DNA of 64,000 bases from an uncultured delta proteobacterium (GCA_963754925.1 CAVWHX010000001.1:201144-265143), one strand, 5' to 3'. Positions 1 through 10,683 are shown, counted from the first letter of the stretch. Program-made: numbers and translations. The notes: generated by a model from the letters alone, not told the origin.

Positions 1-31
1 GTCTTATTTTTTTTCCCGAAAGGAAAAGATA

Positions 32-1204
32 ATGAGGAAAAATTATCTCGGTTGCCTCGTTATCGCCGCGTTGGTAAGCACTCTTCAAACGGCGGCGTGG
101 GCTCAACAAAAAGCGCCGGTGACCAAGCCTGGTTTGGTTTCGGTGGTGATACTGCCCGTTGAAGTCAAGGGATTGGATACTTCTCTTGGCACCTCCATCA
201 CCGAAGCCGTGGCCAGTCAGTTAGACAAGACCGGCGTCCTCAAGGTGCCGACGACTAAATCGTCGGTCGCTGCGTTCAATCAGTTGCAAAAGAGAAAGAT
301 CCAACTTGAGACCTGCAGCACTCGACCATGGTGCATCCAAACGGTGGCAAAGGCATTCAACGCCAAGGTGGTCTATCACGTAATAGCCACGAAAGCCCAA
401 GCGGGTGTGACCTTGACTATGCGTATTTTTGATGCGAAGACCGGCAAAGAGATGCGCAAGGCAGCTGAATTTGCAACCGAGGATGTTGCGGATATAGAAC
501 GGGCGGCGCGCTGGGCCTCCTTAAGTGTGTCATCACCGGTTGTAAGCTCCCTGATACAAGGCAAGGGCAAACTCCTCGTTGAATGCTCGGAAGGTGGCTC
601 TGATCTCTCCATCAACGGTAAGTCTTTTGGAAAAAAGACCGGTAAAGGCTTTAAGGTTCCGGCTGGAGTGTTTGATGTCAACGTGCGCAAGGATGGCTTT
701 GTGGCGTACCGCGACGTGGTGATGGTTAGGCCGGATGAAGACCAGGTTGTCAAAGCCGTGCTTACTCCTGAGGCTCGCCCTGCAGTGGCCGCAGCTCCCA
801 CGAAAGCCGCAGCCGTTCGATCGCCGGCCGAGGCGCCGCCGCCCGTGGGCGCCGAGTCCTCAAAAGAACAACCCCGTAAAACTGAATTGCCGGCTTGGGC
901 CGTTTTTGAAACTCCAAAAGAAACCGGTCAAGCGGGACTGCCGGCGACCGGGAGCGTCCATCAAGAAGAGAGCCACCCCCGGTTAGCGGAGATACGGGGA
1001 CAACCAGCCTTTGCAAAAACCCCCGAAGTAGAAAAAGCCGCCGAGGAAAAGCCGAAAGAAGGTAAAAAATTCTACCAGACCTGGTGGTTTTGGACCATCG
1101 TTGGCGTAGCGGTCGGCGGCGGAACAGCCGCGGCGGTGGCGCTGACGCTGACGAAAAATGGGGGAACCACCAGCACGGGTAGCGCCACTATCACCTGGAA
1201 ATAG
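32..1204 (+). CDS. Secreted PEGA-domain protein with C-terminal membrane anchor
   Basis: Signal peptide, PEGA-like segment (SDLSINGKSFGK...VPAGVFDVNVRKDGF), Pro/Ala linker, C-terminal KKFYQTWWFWTIVGVAVGGG anchor typical of myxobacterial PEGA proteins. Confidence 0.75.
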   Translation: MRKNYLGCLVIAALVSTLQTAAWAQQKAPVTKPGLVSVVILPVEVKGLDTSLGTSITEAVASQLDKTGVLKVPTTKSSVAAFNQLQKRKIQLETCSTRPWCIQTVAKAFNAKVVYHVIATKAQAGVTLTMRIFDAKTGKEMRKAAEFATEDVADIERAARWASLSVSSPVVSSLIQGKGKLLVECSEGGSDLSINGKSFGKKTGKGFKVPAGVFDVNVRKDGFVAYRDVVMVRPDEDQVVKAVLTPEARPAVAAAPTKAAAVRSPAEAPPPVGAESSKEQPRKTELPAWAVFETPKETGQAGLPATGSVHQEESHPRLAEIRGQPAFAKTPEVEKAAEEKPKEGKKFYQTWWFWTIVGVAVGGGTAAAVALTLTKNGGTTSTGSATITWK

Positions 1205-1267
1205 AGATCCCGACCGTATTGGATGTATTGGTTGATTAGTCGACTTACCTGTTGTACATCTCAATCC

Positions 1268-1852
1268 ATGAAAAATCTTTTTTACCGGGCGTTACTGATC
1301 GCGCGTTTCGTCGGGGTTACCGGCGGCTGCTCGAAGGGTCTTGAGCCCGATCAACAACCGCGCACCCTGGCTCAGGCGCGACAGGTAGCGCTTGATCTAT
1401 TCAAGCATCTTGATGGGTTCATCATAGAAAAACAAGCGGAAGAAAGCCTGGCGGGCCGTCCGGCGGTGCGCATGGAAGCCCTCTGGACACACGATGGCGA
1501 GAAGCGTCGCGGCGTGATCTATGTTGTCGACCAACCGGCCTTGTTCAATGAAATTCATTACACCGCCCCCATCGAACCGGAGGTGTTTAATGCCGGATTT
1601 GCGGTGTTCCAGAAAGTGCTGAAAAACCTCAAGGCGGTGTCTGACATAAGCACCCTAACGGTCAACGAACAGGGAGATGAAAAGGTGATGCTATCGCCGG
1701 ATCTTCAGCTTGAAATCCATTATCCCAGTACGTGGGTATACAGTCTCGATGATGTGAATCGGGCGTTGGTTTTGAGCGGCCCGCATGGTGAGCCCGCCTG
1801 GATGACAACGATTAACTTCTCGGTAATCAATAAATGGGCAACGGCAAAGTAA
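1268..1852 (+). CDS. Hypothetical exported (lipo)protein, possibly PsbP/DcrB-like
   Basis: Likely start ATG 1268 (MKNLFYRALL), lipobox-like VTGGC, IHYPSTW motif. Confidence 0.45.
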   Translation: MKNLFYRALLIARFVGVTGGCSKGLEPDQQPRTLAQARQVALDLFKHLDGFIIEKQAEESLAGRPAVRMEALWTHDGEKRRGVIYVVDQPALFNEIHYTAPIEPEVFNAGFAVFQKVLKNLKAVSDISTLTVNEQGDEKVMLSPDLQLEIHYPSTWVYSLDDVNRALVLSGPHGEPAWMTTINFSVINKWATAK

Positions 1853-2694
1853 CGCTGCGGTTCGGGACCGGCGGGACGCCGCATTCGGCACCGCGCCCTG
1901 ATCCGTTGAGCGGCGTGGAACGAATCGCCGCCTTGGGTCTTTCGGCGATGGAACTGGAATTTGTTTACGGCGTGCGCATCCGGGACGACGCAGCCGAGAA
2001 CATACGGCGTCGCGCCGAGGAGCTCGGTGTAGCGCTCACCTGCCATGGCCCGTACTATATAAACCTCAACGCCGTAGAACCTGAGAAGCGTCAGGCAAGT
2101 GTCGAGCGGATCATCGCGACCGCCCGAGCAGCCCGCAAGGTTGGGGCGCGTTCAATTACCTTCCACGCCGCCTTTTACCTCAAGCAGGAGCCGGGCTCAG
2201 TCCACCAAACGGTCCAGGATGCCCTGGCGCGGATCGTGGAAACCTTGTCCGCGGAAGGCAATGACGTCCAGATTCGGCCCGAGCTCACCGGTAAGCCCTC
2301 GCAGTATGGCGATCTGGAAGAGTTGCTCAAGCTTTCGCAAGCGATTCCGAGGGTGCGCCCCTGCATCGATTTCAGTCATCTCCACGCTCGAACCGGTGGC
2401 GCTATGAATAGCGCAGAGGAGTTTCGGGCAGTGCTGACGCGCTACCGGGAGGCGCTCGGAAAGCAGTCGCTTGCTGACCTCCACCTCCACATCAGCGGGA
2501 TCCAGTACACTGCCAAGGGGGAGCGGCGCCACCTCGATCTGGTTGAAGCCGATCTGCGCTATCGAGAATTATTACAGGCGTTGGTGGAGGAGGATGCGCG
2601 GGGCATCGTGATTTGTGAAAGCCCGAACCTTGAAGAAGACGCACAGCTGCTCCAAAGCACCTACCAAAAACTTCTGGCGGGAAGGACGCGCTAG
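1834..2694 (+). CDS. nfo: Endonuclease IV / AP endonuclease family 2 TIM barrel
   Basis: HGPYYINLN, FHAAFY, RPELTGK, CIDFSHLHAR, HLHISGI metal-binding motifs. Confidence 0.8.
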   Translation: MGNGKVTLRFGTGGTPHSAPRPDPLSGVERIAALGLSAMELEFVYGVRIRDDAAENIRRRAEELGVALTCHGPYYINLNAVEPEKRQASVERIIATARAARKVGARSITFHAAFYLKQEPGSVHQTVQDALARIVETLSAEGNDVQIRPELTGKPSQYGDLEELLKLSQAIPRVRPCIDFSHLHARTGGAMNSAEEFRAVLTRYREALGKQSLADLHLHISGIQYTAKGERRHLDLVEADLRYRELLQALVEEDARGIVICESPNLEEDAQLLQSTYQKLLAGRTR

Positions 2695-2698
2695 GATC

Positions 2699-4741
2699 AT
2701 GGCCGGTTCTCCAGTAGTCCCCGAGAAAACCAACCTGCGCGAGTTTACCTTCAGAGCAGTGTTACTTGGCCTATGCATGACGGTAGTCCTCGGGGCGGCC
2801 AACGCCTATCTCGGATTGAAGGCCGGCATGACTATCGCCGCTACCTATCCCGCGGCGGTTCTCGGCATGGCCGTTTTGCGTTTGTTCGGAGGTTCCCTTC
2901 TCGAGGAGAACATCGCCCGAACGGTCGGCTCGATCGGCGAATCGGTAGCGGCCGGGGCCATTTTTACCATTCCCGCCTTTGTCATTGCCCATGTGGCCGG
3001 TTGGGAGGAATTCGGCAGCCTCCGTAATTATTTGTTCTCCACCGCGATCATGTTGTTGGGCGGCATGCTGGGAATTTTGTTTGTGACGATTTTGCGTCGC
3101 GTCTTGGTTCAGGATGGCGACTTGCCCTTCCCGGAGTCGACCGCTGCGGCGGAAATTCACAAGGCTGGCCAACGCGGTGGCAAGGGCGCGGGCATATTGA
3201 TGTCGTTCATGGGAGTGGGAGCCGCTATTCAGCTCGCGGCTCAGTTTTCTTTGTTTAGTGTCTCAAAAGAGTTCGTCATTTCGTTGGGCAAAACCACGAT
3301 TGATTTTTTTACCCAAAAATGGGCTCTGATCAAAAAGATCGATGTGGGCGGGATGACGGTCGTCTCGAGCCCGGACGTAGCTCCGGCGTACATTGGCGTG
3401 GGCTATATCATCGGTCCCCGTTTGGCCGCGCTCAATGCCGCAGGCGGACTTTTGGCGTGGGGCTTGTTTGTTCCCCTAATCACGTACCTGCTCGGACCCG
3501 AACTCCAAAGTGTTATCGGTCAGATGCCCGACGGGCCGGCGGGTAATCCGGTGACCTGGAGCATGCTGGCGGACAAAGTATGGCGGTTCATCGTTCGTCC
3601 CATTGCCGTGGGCGGGATGCTGGTCGGGGCCGGGAATACGCTGTTTCAGGTGCGTACCAGCCTCGGCGCGGGCATCAAGAGGGCCATCAGCGACGTCGCC
3701 ACGAGTGCCTCGTCACGTAAGACCGAGAGCAGGTTGGATAGGGATCTCAGCTATTCCTGGGTGTTTGCGGGAATAGGCACCACGGTTATCCTTATGATCG
3801 GGTTGTACTATATTTTCTCCGGCACGTTGAAGGGATCGATTGTTGCCGCGGTGGTCATGGCGGTGACCGGGTTTTTCTTTGCGGCGGTGTCGGGCTATCT
3901 CGTGGGCACCATCGGTTCTTCCAATAATCCGATCTCCGGTCTCACCCTATCGACGCTGATCATAGCCGCGCTGCTCATTATCGTGGTTGGCGTAGGCGGG
4001 GACGCAGGGGTCATCGCGGTGCTGGGTGTGGCCGCGGTGGTTTGTGTTTCGAGCGCGGTCGCGGGCGAGATGCTCCAGGACCTCAAGGTCGGGCACATTT
4101 TGGGGGGCACGCCGTGGAAAATGCAACTCGGCGACATCATCGGGGTGTTTTTCGCAGCGGCGCTGCTCTTTTTTCCGCTGATGGTATTGCACGAAGGCAG
4201 CATCAAGTTAGGAGGGGAGGGGTTTGGGGGGCCGAGTTTGCCGGCGCCGCAGGCCGGCCTTATGGCGATGTTGGCCAATGGCATTGTCGAGCAAACCATG
4301 GCCTGGCCGTTGGTGATCGTGGGGATGCTGTTCGGGTTCGGCATGATACTTGTTCAAGTCCGCAGTCCCATGCTCATGGCGGTCGGCATGTACCTTCCGT
4401 TTGGGACGACCTTCGCCATTTTTGTCGGCGGCGGCATTCGTTGGATCGCTGATCAGATAGCGCACCGACGAGGTTTGTCACCAGGGCAGCGTGGCCGCGT
4501 GGAGAACACCGGCATTCTGGTTGCGGCCGGCCTTATCGCGGGTGAAGCCTTGATGGGGCTGGGGGTAGCTTCGCTTACCTTTGCGGGCATCAAGCTCCCG
4601 ACGGTGCTTGAGGACGGCGGTTGGGTCGGTTTCGGCATTGGGCTAGGAATACTGGTGGTGCTCGGGTACCTGATGATAACGGTACCCTTGCGAAATGCCG
4701 GCAAACCTGACGAGGAAGCACCACCGACAGTGACGATGTAG
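2699..4741 (+). CDS. OPT-family oligopeptide transporter
   Basis: REFTFRAVLLG, NAYLGLKAG, LPFPESTAAAE, SSNNPISG, LQDLKVGHILG, LPAPQAGLM motifs; many TM segments; start taken at ATG 2699. Confidence 0.92.
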   Translation: MAGSPVVPEKTNLREFTFRAVLLGLCMTVVLGAANAYLGLKAGMTIAATYPAAVLGMAVLRLFGGSLLEENIARTVGSIGESVAAGAIFTIPAFVIAHVAGWEEFGSLRNYLFSTAIMLLGGMLGILFVTILRRVLVQDGDLPFPESTAAAEIHKAGQRGGKGAGILMSFMGVGAAIQLAAQFSLFSVSKEFVISLGKTTIDFFTQKWALIKKIDVGGMTVVSSPDVAPAYIGVGYIIGPRLAALNAAGGLLAWGLFVPLITYLLGPELQSVIGQMPDGPAGNPVTWSMLADKVWRFIVRPIAVGGMLVGAGNTLFQVRTSLGAGIKRAISDVATSASSRKTESRLDRDLSYSWVFAGIGTTVILMIGLYYIFSGTLKGSIVAAVVMAVTGFFFAAVSGYLVGTIGSSNNPISGLTLSTLIIAALLIIVVGVGGDAGVIAVLGVAAVVCVSSAVAGEMLQDLKVGHILGGTPWKMQLGDIIGVFFAAALLFFPLMVLHEGSIKLGGEGFGGPSLPAPQAGLMAMLANGIVEQTMAWPLVIVGMLFGFGMILVQVRSPMLMAVGMYLPFGTTFAIFVGGGIRWIADQIAHRRGLSPGQRGRVENTGILVAAGLIAGEALMGLGVASLTFAGIKLPTVLEDGGWVGFGIGLGILVVLGYLMITVPLRNAGKPDEEAPPTVTM

Positions 4742-4755
4742 GCGCGTTCCGGCTG

Positions 4756-6254
4756 CTATTCAGTGAAAATAACATCAAACCAGTACTTCTTGGAGCGATC
4801 GAGTCCCTGATCCACATGGATATGTTTGATCTGCGTGAACTCCAAAACTCCATGCGTTCCCAACTCCCTTCCAACGCCGGACTGCTTGTAGCCTCCGAAT
4901 GGCGCCAGGGCGTTGATCATGTGATAATCATTGATCCACACCGTTCCGGTTCGGAGCCGTTTAGCCACCTCGATCGCCCAGGGAACGTCGCGCGAGAAAC
5001 GGCGCCCCCCAGACCATAGATGCTGTCATTGGCCATATCTATCGCATCGCCAACATTGTCGTATTTGATTACCGAAAGCACCGGACCGAAGATCTCTTCC
5101 TGGGCAATGGTCATCTTATTGGTGACATCTTCAAATACGGTCGGTTCCACGAAGTATCCTTTGGTCAGGTTTTTCGGCCTATTCCCGCCGATGGTGCACT
5201 TCGCGCCCTCTTTCTTGCCGATTTCGATATACCTCATGATGGTTGTTAGCTGGGTTTTAGAGACCACCGGGCCCATGCCGGTATCCGGATCCATCGGGTC
5301 CCCAACCTTGATTTTAGCTACCCGGTCACGAACCCGGGCCATGAATTCGTTGTAAATCGATTTCGGCACGAAACATCTCGTTCCGGATTCACAAACCTGT
5401 CCGGCATGGAAAAACGTTCCGTAGAGCGCGCCATCGACCGCGATATCCAAATTGGCATCTTCAAGAATAATGGTCGGACTCTTGCCGCCAAGCTCAAGCG
5501 TTACTTTCTTGATGGTATCGGAGGCAAGTTTCGATATCTGACGACCGGTTAAGGTCGAGCCGGTCAGGGATACCTTATCCACCATTGGATTCGTACACAG
5601 TTCATCGCCCAGAGTCGCACCGGCGCCGACGACCAAGTTAAAAACGCCGGGAGGGATATCACACTCGGCAACGATCTTTGCGAGCTCACAGGCGGTAAGT
5701 GGTGTGTCCGATGCGGGTTTTAGAACCAAGCTATTACCCATGATAAGCGCAGGCGCTGTTTTCCATATGGCCATCACCAGAGGGAAGTTCCACGGAATGA
5801 TGCCGACACAGACGCCGATCGGCTCCCGGTGGACGAAGTTCCACGATACGATGGGGAAATCTATCCACGGAAGCGGTTCGTATAGCGGAACGTTTTCTCC
5901 CAGCTCGATTAGTCTCCGGCAATGTTCTATAGCGAACGGGAGATCTGCTAAGGTAGCTTTCCGGTAGGTCGCTCCCGAATCGCGTGATTCCAGTTCCGCC
6001 AATTCGCCCTGCCGTTCATTCAACTTCTCGGCAATTTTCATGAGTCTGATCGCCCGCTCCTTGGGCTTCATGCTGCTCCATACCCCTGAATCAAAAGACT
6101 TGCGAGCGGCTTCGATGGCTTTTTTGGCGTCGACTTTTGATCCGAGGGGAACTTCGGCGATAGGCTCCTCGGTTGCGGGGTTGTAGGTTGGTCGTGTCTC
6201 TCCTGAGGCTGCGTCAACAAACTTTCCGTCAATATACAATTTATACTTTTCCAT
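4756..6254 (-). CDS. Aldehyde dehydrogenase (copy 2), split by one frameshift near 5000
   Basis: IIPWNFP, KPASDTP, LELGGKSP, catalytic GQVCESG, EEIFGPV; C-terminus (PFGGYKQSG) continues in ORF 4756-4968. Confidence 0.92.
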
Positions 6255-6302
6255 AATTCCGACCTCCTTCTCTACAACGGTTTTCAAAAAAATTTCCGCC
6301 TG

Positions 6303-6530
6303 CTATTTCGAAGACGCAAATTTTGTGAGACGATTCAGTAATTACCCCCAACCCTCCACATTGTTAAAATAGTATGGCAACCCAAATTTGACGCTTAGGA
6401 TAACCAACTCATACAAGTTGCTGGAGTTCATTAAAATACAGATATTCGGATTTCCGATCTTGGCGTTATAGACCATCAACCGACACTCATTGAAAAGCAT
6501 GGTTACACCAACGTTAGCGTCAACGGTCTG
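6303..6530 (-). pseudogene. Decayed paralog of the 8244-8662 SCP2-like gene
   Basis: Minus strand reads QTVDANVGVTMLFNECRLMVYNAKIGNPNICILMNSSNLYELVILSVKFGLPYYFNNVEGWG*LLNRLTKFASSK*, aligning to the 8244-8662 product; N-terminus missing, internal stop and deletion. Confidence 0.8.
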
Positions 6531-6554
6531 CTTATAACTAGTTGTGAAAAATTA

Positions 6555-6590
6555 TTAGTATTACAGCGTATGCTAAATGCAAACACTTTT
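6555..6590 (-). promoter_or_regulatory. Promoter/operator element, copy 2
   Basis: 27/36 ungapped identity with 10648-10683; includes AAAAGTGTTTGC and a TG-extended -10-like TGTAATACT. Confidence 0.6.
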
Positions 6591-6694
6591 AATCTTACGC
6601 TACCAACGCTGTTTGAGAATGGCGGTAGGATTGTTTTTTTGGTATTGGGATAGGAAACTAAACGAGGTAGGGGGTTGTTAAATCTCTTTTCAGA

Positions 6695-8194
6695 CTACTC
6701 ACTGAAAATAAAGTCGTACCAGAATTTTTTCTCTCGATTGAGCCCCTGATCCACATGGATGTGTTTTATCTGTGTGTAGTCCAAAAGGCCATACGAACCA
6801 TGTTCGTTTCCAATTCCGGACTGCTTGTATCCGCCGAAGGGCGCCAGGGAGTTGAGCAGGTGATAGTCATTGATAAAGACCGTGCCGGTGCGGAGGCGTT
6901 TAGCGAGCTCGATGGCCCAGGGAACATCGCGCGAGAAAATCGCGCCCCCTAGTCCGTAGATGCTGTCGTTGGCCATTTTAATGGCGTCGCCGACATCATC
7001 GTATTTGATTACCGAAAGCACCGGACCGAAAATCTCTTCCTGGGCGATGGTCATCTTATTGTTGACCTCTTCGAAGATGGTCGGTTCAACAAAGTAGCCC
7101 TTGGTCAGATTTTTCGGCCTGCCCCCGCCGATAGTGCACTTCGCACCCTCTTTCTTGCCGATATCGATATACTTCATGACGGTCGTTAGCTGGGCTTTCG
7201 AGATCAACGGGCCCATAGTAGTCTCGTCATTCATCGGGTCCCCGACTTTGATTTTGGTTACCCGTTCACGAACCCGGTCCATGAATTCGTTGTAAATCGA
7301 TTTCGGCACGAAACATCTGGTTCCCGATTCACAGAGTTGTCCCGCGTGGAAAAACGTACCCCAGAGTGCGCCGTCGACCGCGATACTGAGATCGGCATCT
7401 TCAAGAATAATGGTCGGACTTTTACCGCCCAGCTCAAGCGTGAGCTTCTTGATGGTATCGGCGGCAAGTTTCATCACCTGCCGGCCGGTCTGTGTCGAGC
7501 CGGTCAGGGATATCTTATCCACCATCGGATTCGTGCATAGTTCCTCGCCCAACACCGCGCCCGGCCCGGGCAACACGTTGAAAACACCGGGAGGGATGTC
7601 GCACTCGGCAATGATCTTTGCGAGCTCCAAGGTGGTGATCGGCGTATCCGAGGCGGGTTTCACAACCATGCTATTGCCCATCATGAGCGTCGGAGCGATC
7701 TTCCACGCCCCTATCACCAGAGGAAGGTTCCACGGGACAATACCGACACACACGCCGATAGGCTCTCGCTGGACGAAATTCCACGATACAGCGGGAAAAT
7801 CATTCCAGGGAAGCGGTTCATAGAGCGGGAGTTTTTCGCCCATTTCAAACGTCTTCTTGTAATGTTCGATAGTGAACGGGAGATCAAAGAGTGAAGCTTT
7901 GCGCATGGTCGCTCCCGAGTCACGTGATTCCAGTTCCGCCATTTCGCCCTGCCGTTCATCCAGCTTTTCCACAAACTTCATAAGTCTGCTCGCCCGCTCC
8001 TTGGGCTTCAGGTTGCTCCATACCCCGGAATCAAAAGACTTGCGCGCGGCTTCGATGGCCTTCTTGGCGTCGACTTTTGATCCGAGGGGAACTTCCGCGA
8101 TAGGCTCCTCGGTTGCGGGGTTGTAGGTTGGTCGTGTCTCTCCTGAGGCTGCGTCGACAAACTTTCCATCAATATACATCTGATACTTTTTCAT
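6695..8194 (-). CDS. Aldehyde dehydrogenase (copy 1, intact)
   Basis: IVPWNLP, LELGGKSP, GQLCESG, EEIFGPV, PFGGYKQSG; 499 aa. Confidence 0.95.
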   Translation of the reverse strand: MKKYQMYIDGKFVDAASGETRPTYNPATEEPIAEVPLGSKVDAKKAIEAARKSFDSGVWSNLKPKERASRLMKFVEKLDERQGEMAELESRDSGATMRKASLFDLPFTIEHYKKTFEMGEKLPLYEPLPWNDFPAVSWNFVQREPIGVCVGIVPWNLPLVIGAWKIAPTLMMGNSMVVKPASDTPITTLELAKIIAECDIPPGVFNVLPGPGAVLGEELCTNPMVDKISLTGSTQTGRQVMKLAADTIKKLTLELGGKSPTIILEDADLSIAVDGALWGTFFHAGQLCESGTRCFVPKSIYNEFMDRVRERVTKIKVGDPMNDETTMGPLISKAQLTTVMKYIDIGKKEGAKCTIGGGRPKNLTKGYFVEPTIFEEVNNKMTIAQEEIFGPVLSVIKYDDVGDAIKMANDSIYGLGGAIFSRDVPWAIELAKRLRTGTVFINDYHLLNSLAPFGGYKQSGIGNEHGSYGLLDYTQIKHIHVDQGLNREKKFWYDFIFSE

Positions 8195-8243
8195 ATGAAC
8201 GTCCTCCTTACTATGACTGGTTCGCCACCACGAATGCGCCCGC

Positions 8244-8662
8244 CTATTTCACCGACATAAGCTTGGTGAAGCGGGTAAGCGCTATCGGATGAGATAATAA
8301 CCCTTTCAACTTTAGTTTGCGAGTCAAGAGTTCTTAAGCACCCCTCGTCCGGTTTCATCAAAGTAGTACGGCAGGCCGAATTTGACGCTTAGGTTGGCCA
8401 ACTCAAGCAGCGTGTTCGAGTCCGTTACAATGCTGATCTTTGGTTTTCCAACCATCCCATTGTGAACCATCAAACTTCCCTTATTGAAGGCCATAGTCAT
8501 ATCGACCTCGGCGTCCTCCGCCTGCATATAAATATTTCCAGATAAAGCGTTAAAGTCTTTCTCTCTCTTTGGTTTGTCTTTCAGGTTGCCCTTGATGATA
8601 TCCGCTATCATCGTGGCCATGCCTCCATCTTCGATGCCGGGAGCGAAATCGATCTGGACCAT
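8244..8662 (-). CDS. SCP2-like (sterol/lipid carrier fold) small protein, frameshift near 8335
   Basis: KPKISIVTDSNTLLEL and, after the shift, LLTRKLKLKGLLSHPIALTRFTKLMSVK*. Confidence 0.6.
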
Positions 8663-8705
8663 GGATCCTCCTTTACCGTGCCTTCATGAAAAATCCTCCG
8701 TCCAA

Positions 8706-9860
8706 TCACCAGGCGTTTTTGAACACGCCGAGAACCTCTTCCGCCTCACTGATTGGCTTGGGATTAATACCCGTTCCTCCCATAGTCAAGGTGACATCAG
8801 ACGCCTCGACTAAACCGCCTTCAGGCACACCGACCTCTCGCAGTTTCTGAGGCACTCCCATCTTCTTGGTGAATTTGGTTATACCACTCGCGACCGCCTC
8901 ACCGGCTTCTTCTTCGCTGACATTCAACCCCATGGCGCGGGCAACCAAGGCGTATCTATCGGCGCAGGCATCCGCATTGAATCGAACCACGTGCGGAAGG
9001 AGAATACTATTGGCCAATCCGTGCGGCACTTTGAACAAACCGCCGATAGTATGTGCCATGGCATGCACCAGGGCTATCTGGGCGTTGCCGAAGGCGATGC
9101 CGGCCATGGTGGACGCCAGCAATTGCTGACCGCGGGAAAAGAGGTCTTTGCCGTTCTCCACGCAGCGCGGGAGGTATTCCATGATCAAGTGGATAGCGTG
9201 AATAGCCATCGCATCGGCCATAGGTGAAGCCTGGTTTGCATGAATGGATTCGAGGGCATGGCAGAAAGCGTCCATGCCGGTGGTGGCGGTAAGCCCGGGC
9301 GGCAGCCCCACCGTCATGGTCGGATCGAGGATGCCGACATTTGGAATAACATTATCTTCACCGATCTCAACTTTTCTATTGTTATCCCAATCTTTGACCA
9401 CCGCGAAGTAGGTGACTTCGCTTCCCGTGCCGGCAGTGGTGGGAATGACGATATGGGGCGTCTGCGGGCGCGACAAACTCTGATAACCCGTATGTTCCTG
9501 AATTTTGATACCTTCCTTTAAACAAATGGCCATTCCCTTGGCAGTGTCTATTGAGCTGCCGCCGCCAACACTCACCAAAATATCGGCGCCTTTGCTTCGC
9601 GCGATTTCTGATGCTTCATTGATGAGATGAAAACCGGAATCCTGAGTGCATTTGTCATAGGTTCCGACGTACCTCGAACCCAGCGCCTTTTCCACCCGTC
9701 CCGTCAGCCCGGCGTCGACCACGCCCTTGTCGGTTACCACAAATGCCTTGCTGCATTTAAGGCTCTCTACTTCCGATCCCACTTCATTGATTGAGTTTTC
9801 TCCGAAAACTATTTTCGTTGGGTTACGATATACAAAAGCGAGATCTCTATCGTATGCCAT
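8706..9860 (-). CDS. Iron-containing alcohol dehydrogenase
   Basis: VGGGSSIDTAK, IPTTAGTGSEVT, GMDAFCHALES, HAMAH, HGLAN motifs. Confidence 0.95.
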   Translation of the reverse strand: MAYDRDLAFVYRNPTKIVFGENSINEVGSEVESLKCSKAFVVTDKGVVDAGLTGRVEKALGSRYVGTYDKCTQDSGFHLINEASEIARSKGADILVSVGGGSSIDTAKGMAICLKEGIKIQEHTGYQSLSRPQTPHIVIPTTAGTGSEVTYFAVVKDWDNNRKVEIGEDNVIPNVGILDPTMTVGLPPGLTATTGMDAFCHALESIHANQASPMADAMAIHAIHLIMEYLPRCVENGKDLFSRGQQLLASTMAGIAFGNAQIALVHAMAHTIGGLFKVPHGLANSILLPHVVRFNADACADRYALVARAMGLNVSEEEAGEAVASGITKFTKKMGVPQKLREVGVPEGGLVEASDVTLTMGGTGINPKPISEAEEVLGVFKNAW

Positions 9861-10012
9861 CGGAAACCTCCCTTTAGATTAAAAAAGACCTCATTCGTGC
9901 CGTGAGCGGCGCAAGCATAATCACTTCATTTGCCGACTACGATTTCCGGATGTCACTTCGTATAGATACATTACTGCGAATCGTTCCACCTGAAACACGC
10001 TACATCTAGATG

Positions 10013-10578
10013 CTACGTAATACTGAACTCAGTGCTCAGATCATTAATCATTTTTCTGAACATCGCTGTTTCTTCAGGATTAAGCTGGCCGGAAATTTGC
10101 CTCCCACCTCCCCGGCTGTTTCAACCAGGCGCAAAGCGGCTTTTACGGCGCGCACGATGGTCGGAAGATCTCCCTTGAGCTTGAGTTTTCCCTGCATCAT
10201 CCCCTTGACCGGATCGAGTTGTTTTTTACCCACTAATACCCAACGTTCGATGGTGCCGGTTATTACGAAATTGCCCTTTTTTCCGGCTTCGGTTGGGACC
10301 ACCCGAATGGACCGACAATCTCCATGCCAAAGATCCATGAACACATACATATCTCGATCGACGCCAAATTCGGGTTTGGCTTGCAGATGCAAGACCACCA
10401 AACCTTCCCAGTCTTTGGCTACTTCCTTATACTTGGCATCGCCCTGGAGCAGTTTTTCCCACAGTCCGAGCCATTCAGGCGAGAAAAAGACGAGGGGTTT
10501 TCTCTGGGACGCCATCGCATCTTTTATCACTTTTTTCCAGGCTTCTTCCCATTCCGGTGTTCCGTACGTATAGGGCAT
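10013..10578 (-). CDS. SCP2 sterol-binding domain protein, frameshift near 10090
   Basis: DLWHGDCR...FVITG...LDPVKGMMQGKLKLKGDLP SCP2 signature; alternative frame gives C-terminus QLNPEETAMFRKMINDLSTEFSIT*. Confidence 0.8.
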
Positions 10579-10647
10579 TTTAGATCTCCTTATAGAATTG
10601 TTGTGATCTATGAATCAACGCTTTCATAATGACTCGAAAATAAGTCT

Positions 10648-10683
10648 TTAATATAACAGTGCAGAACAAAAGCAAACACTTTT
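10648..10683 (-). promoter_or_regulatory. Promoter/operator element of the SCP2-ADH-ALDH operon, copy 1
   Basis: AAAAGTGTTTGC...TGTTATATT (extended -10-like); homologous to 6555-6590. Confidence 0.6.
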
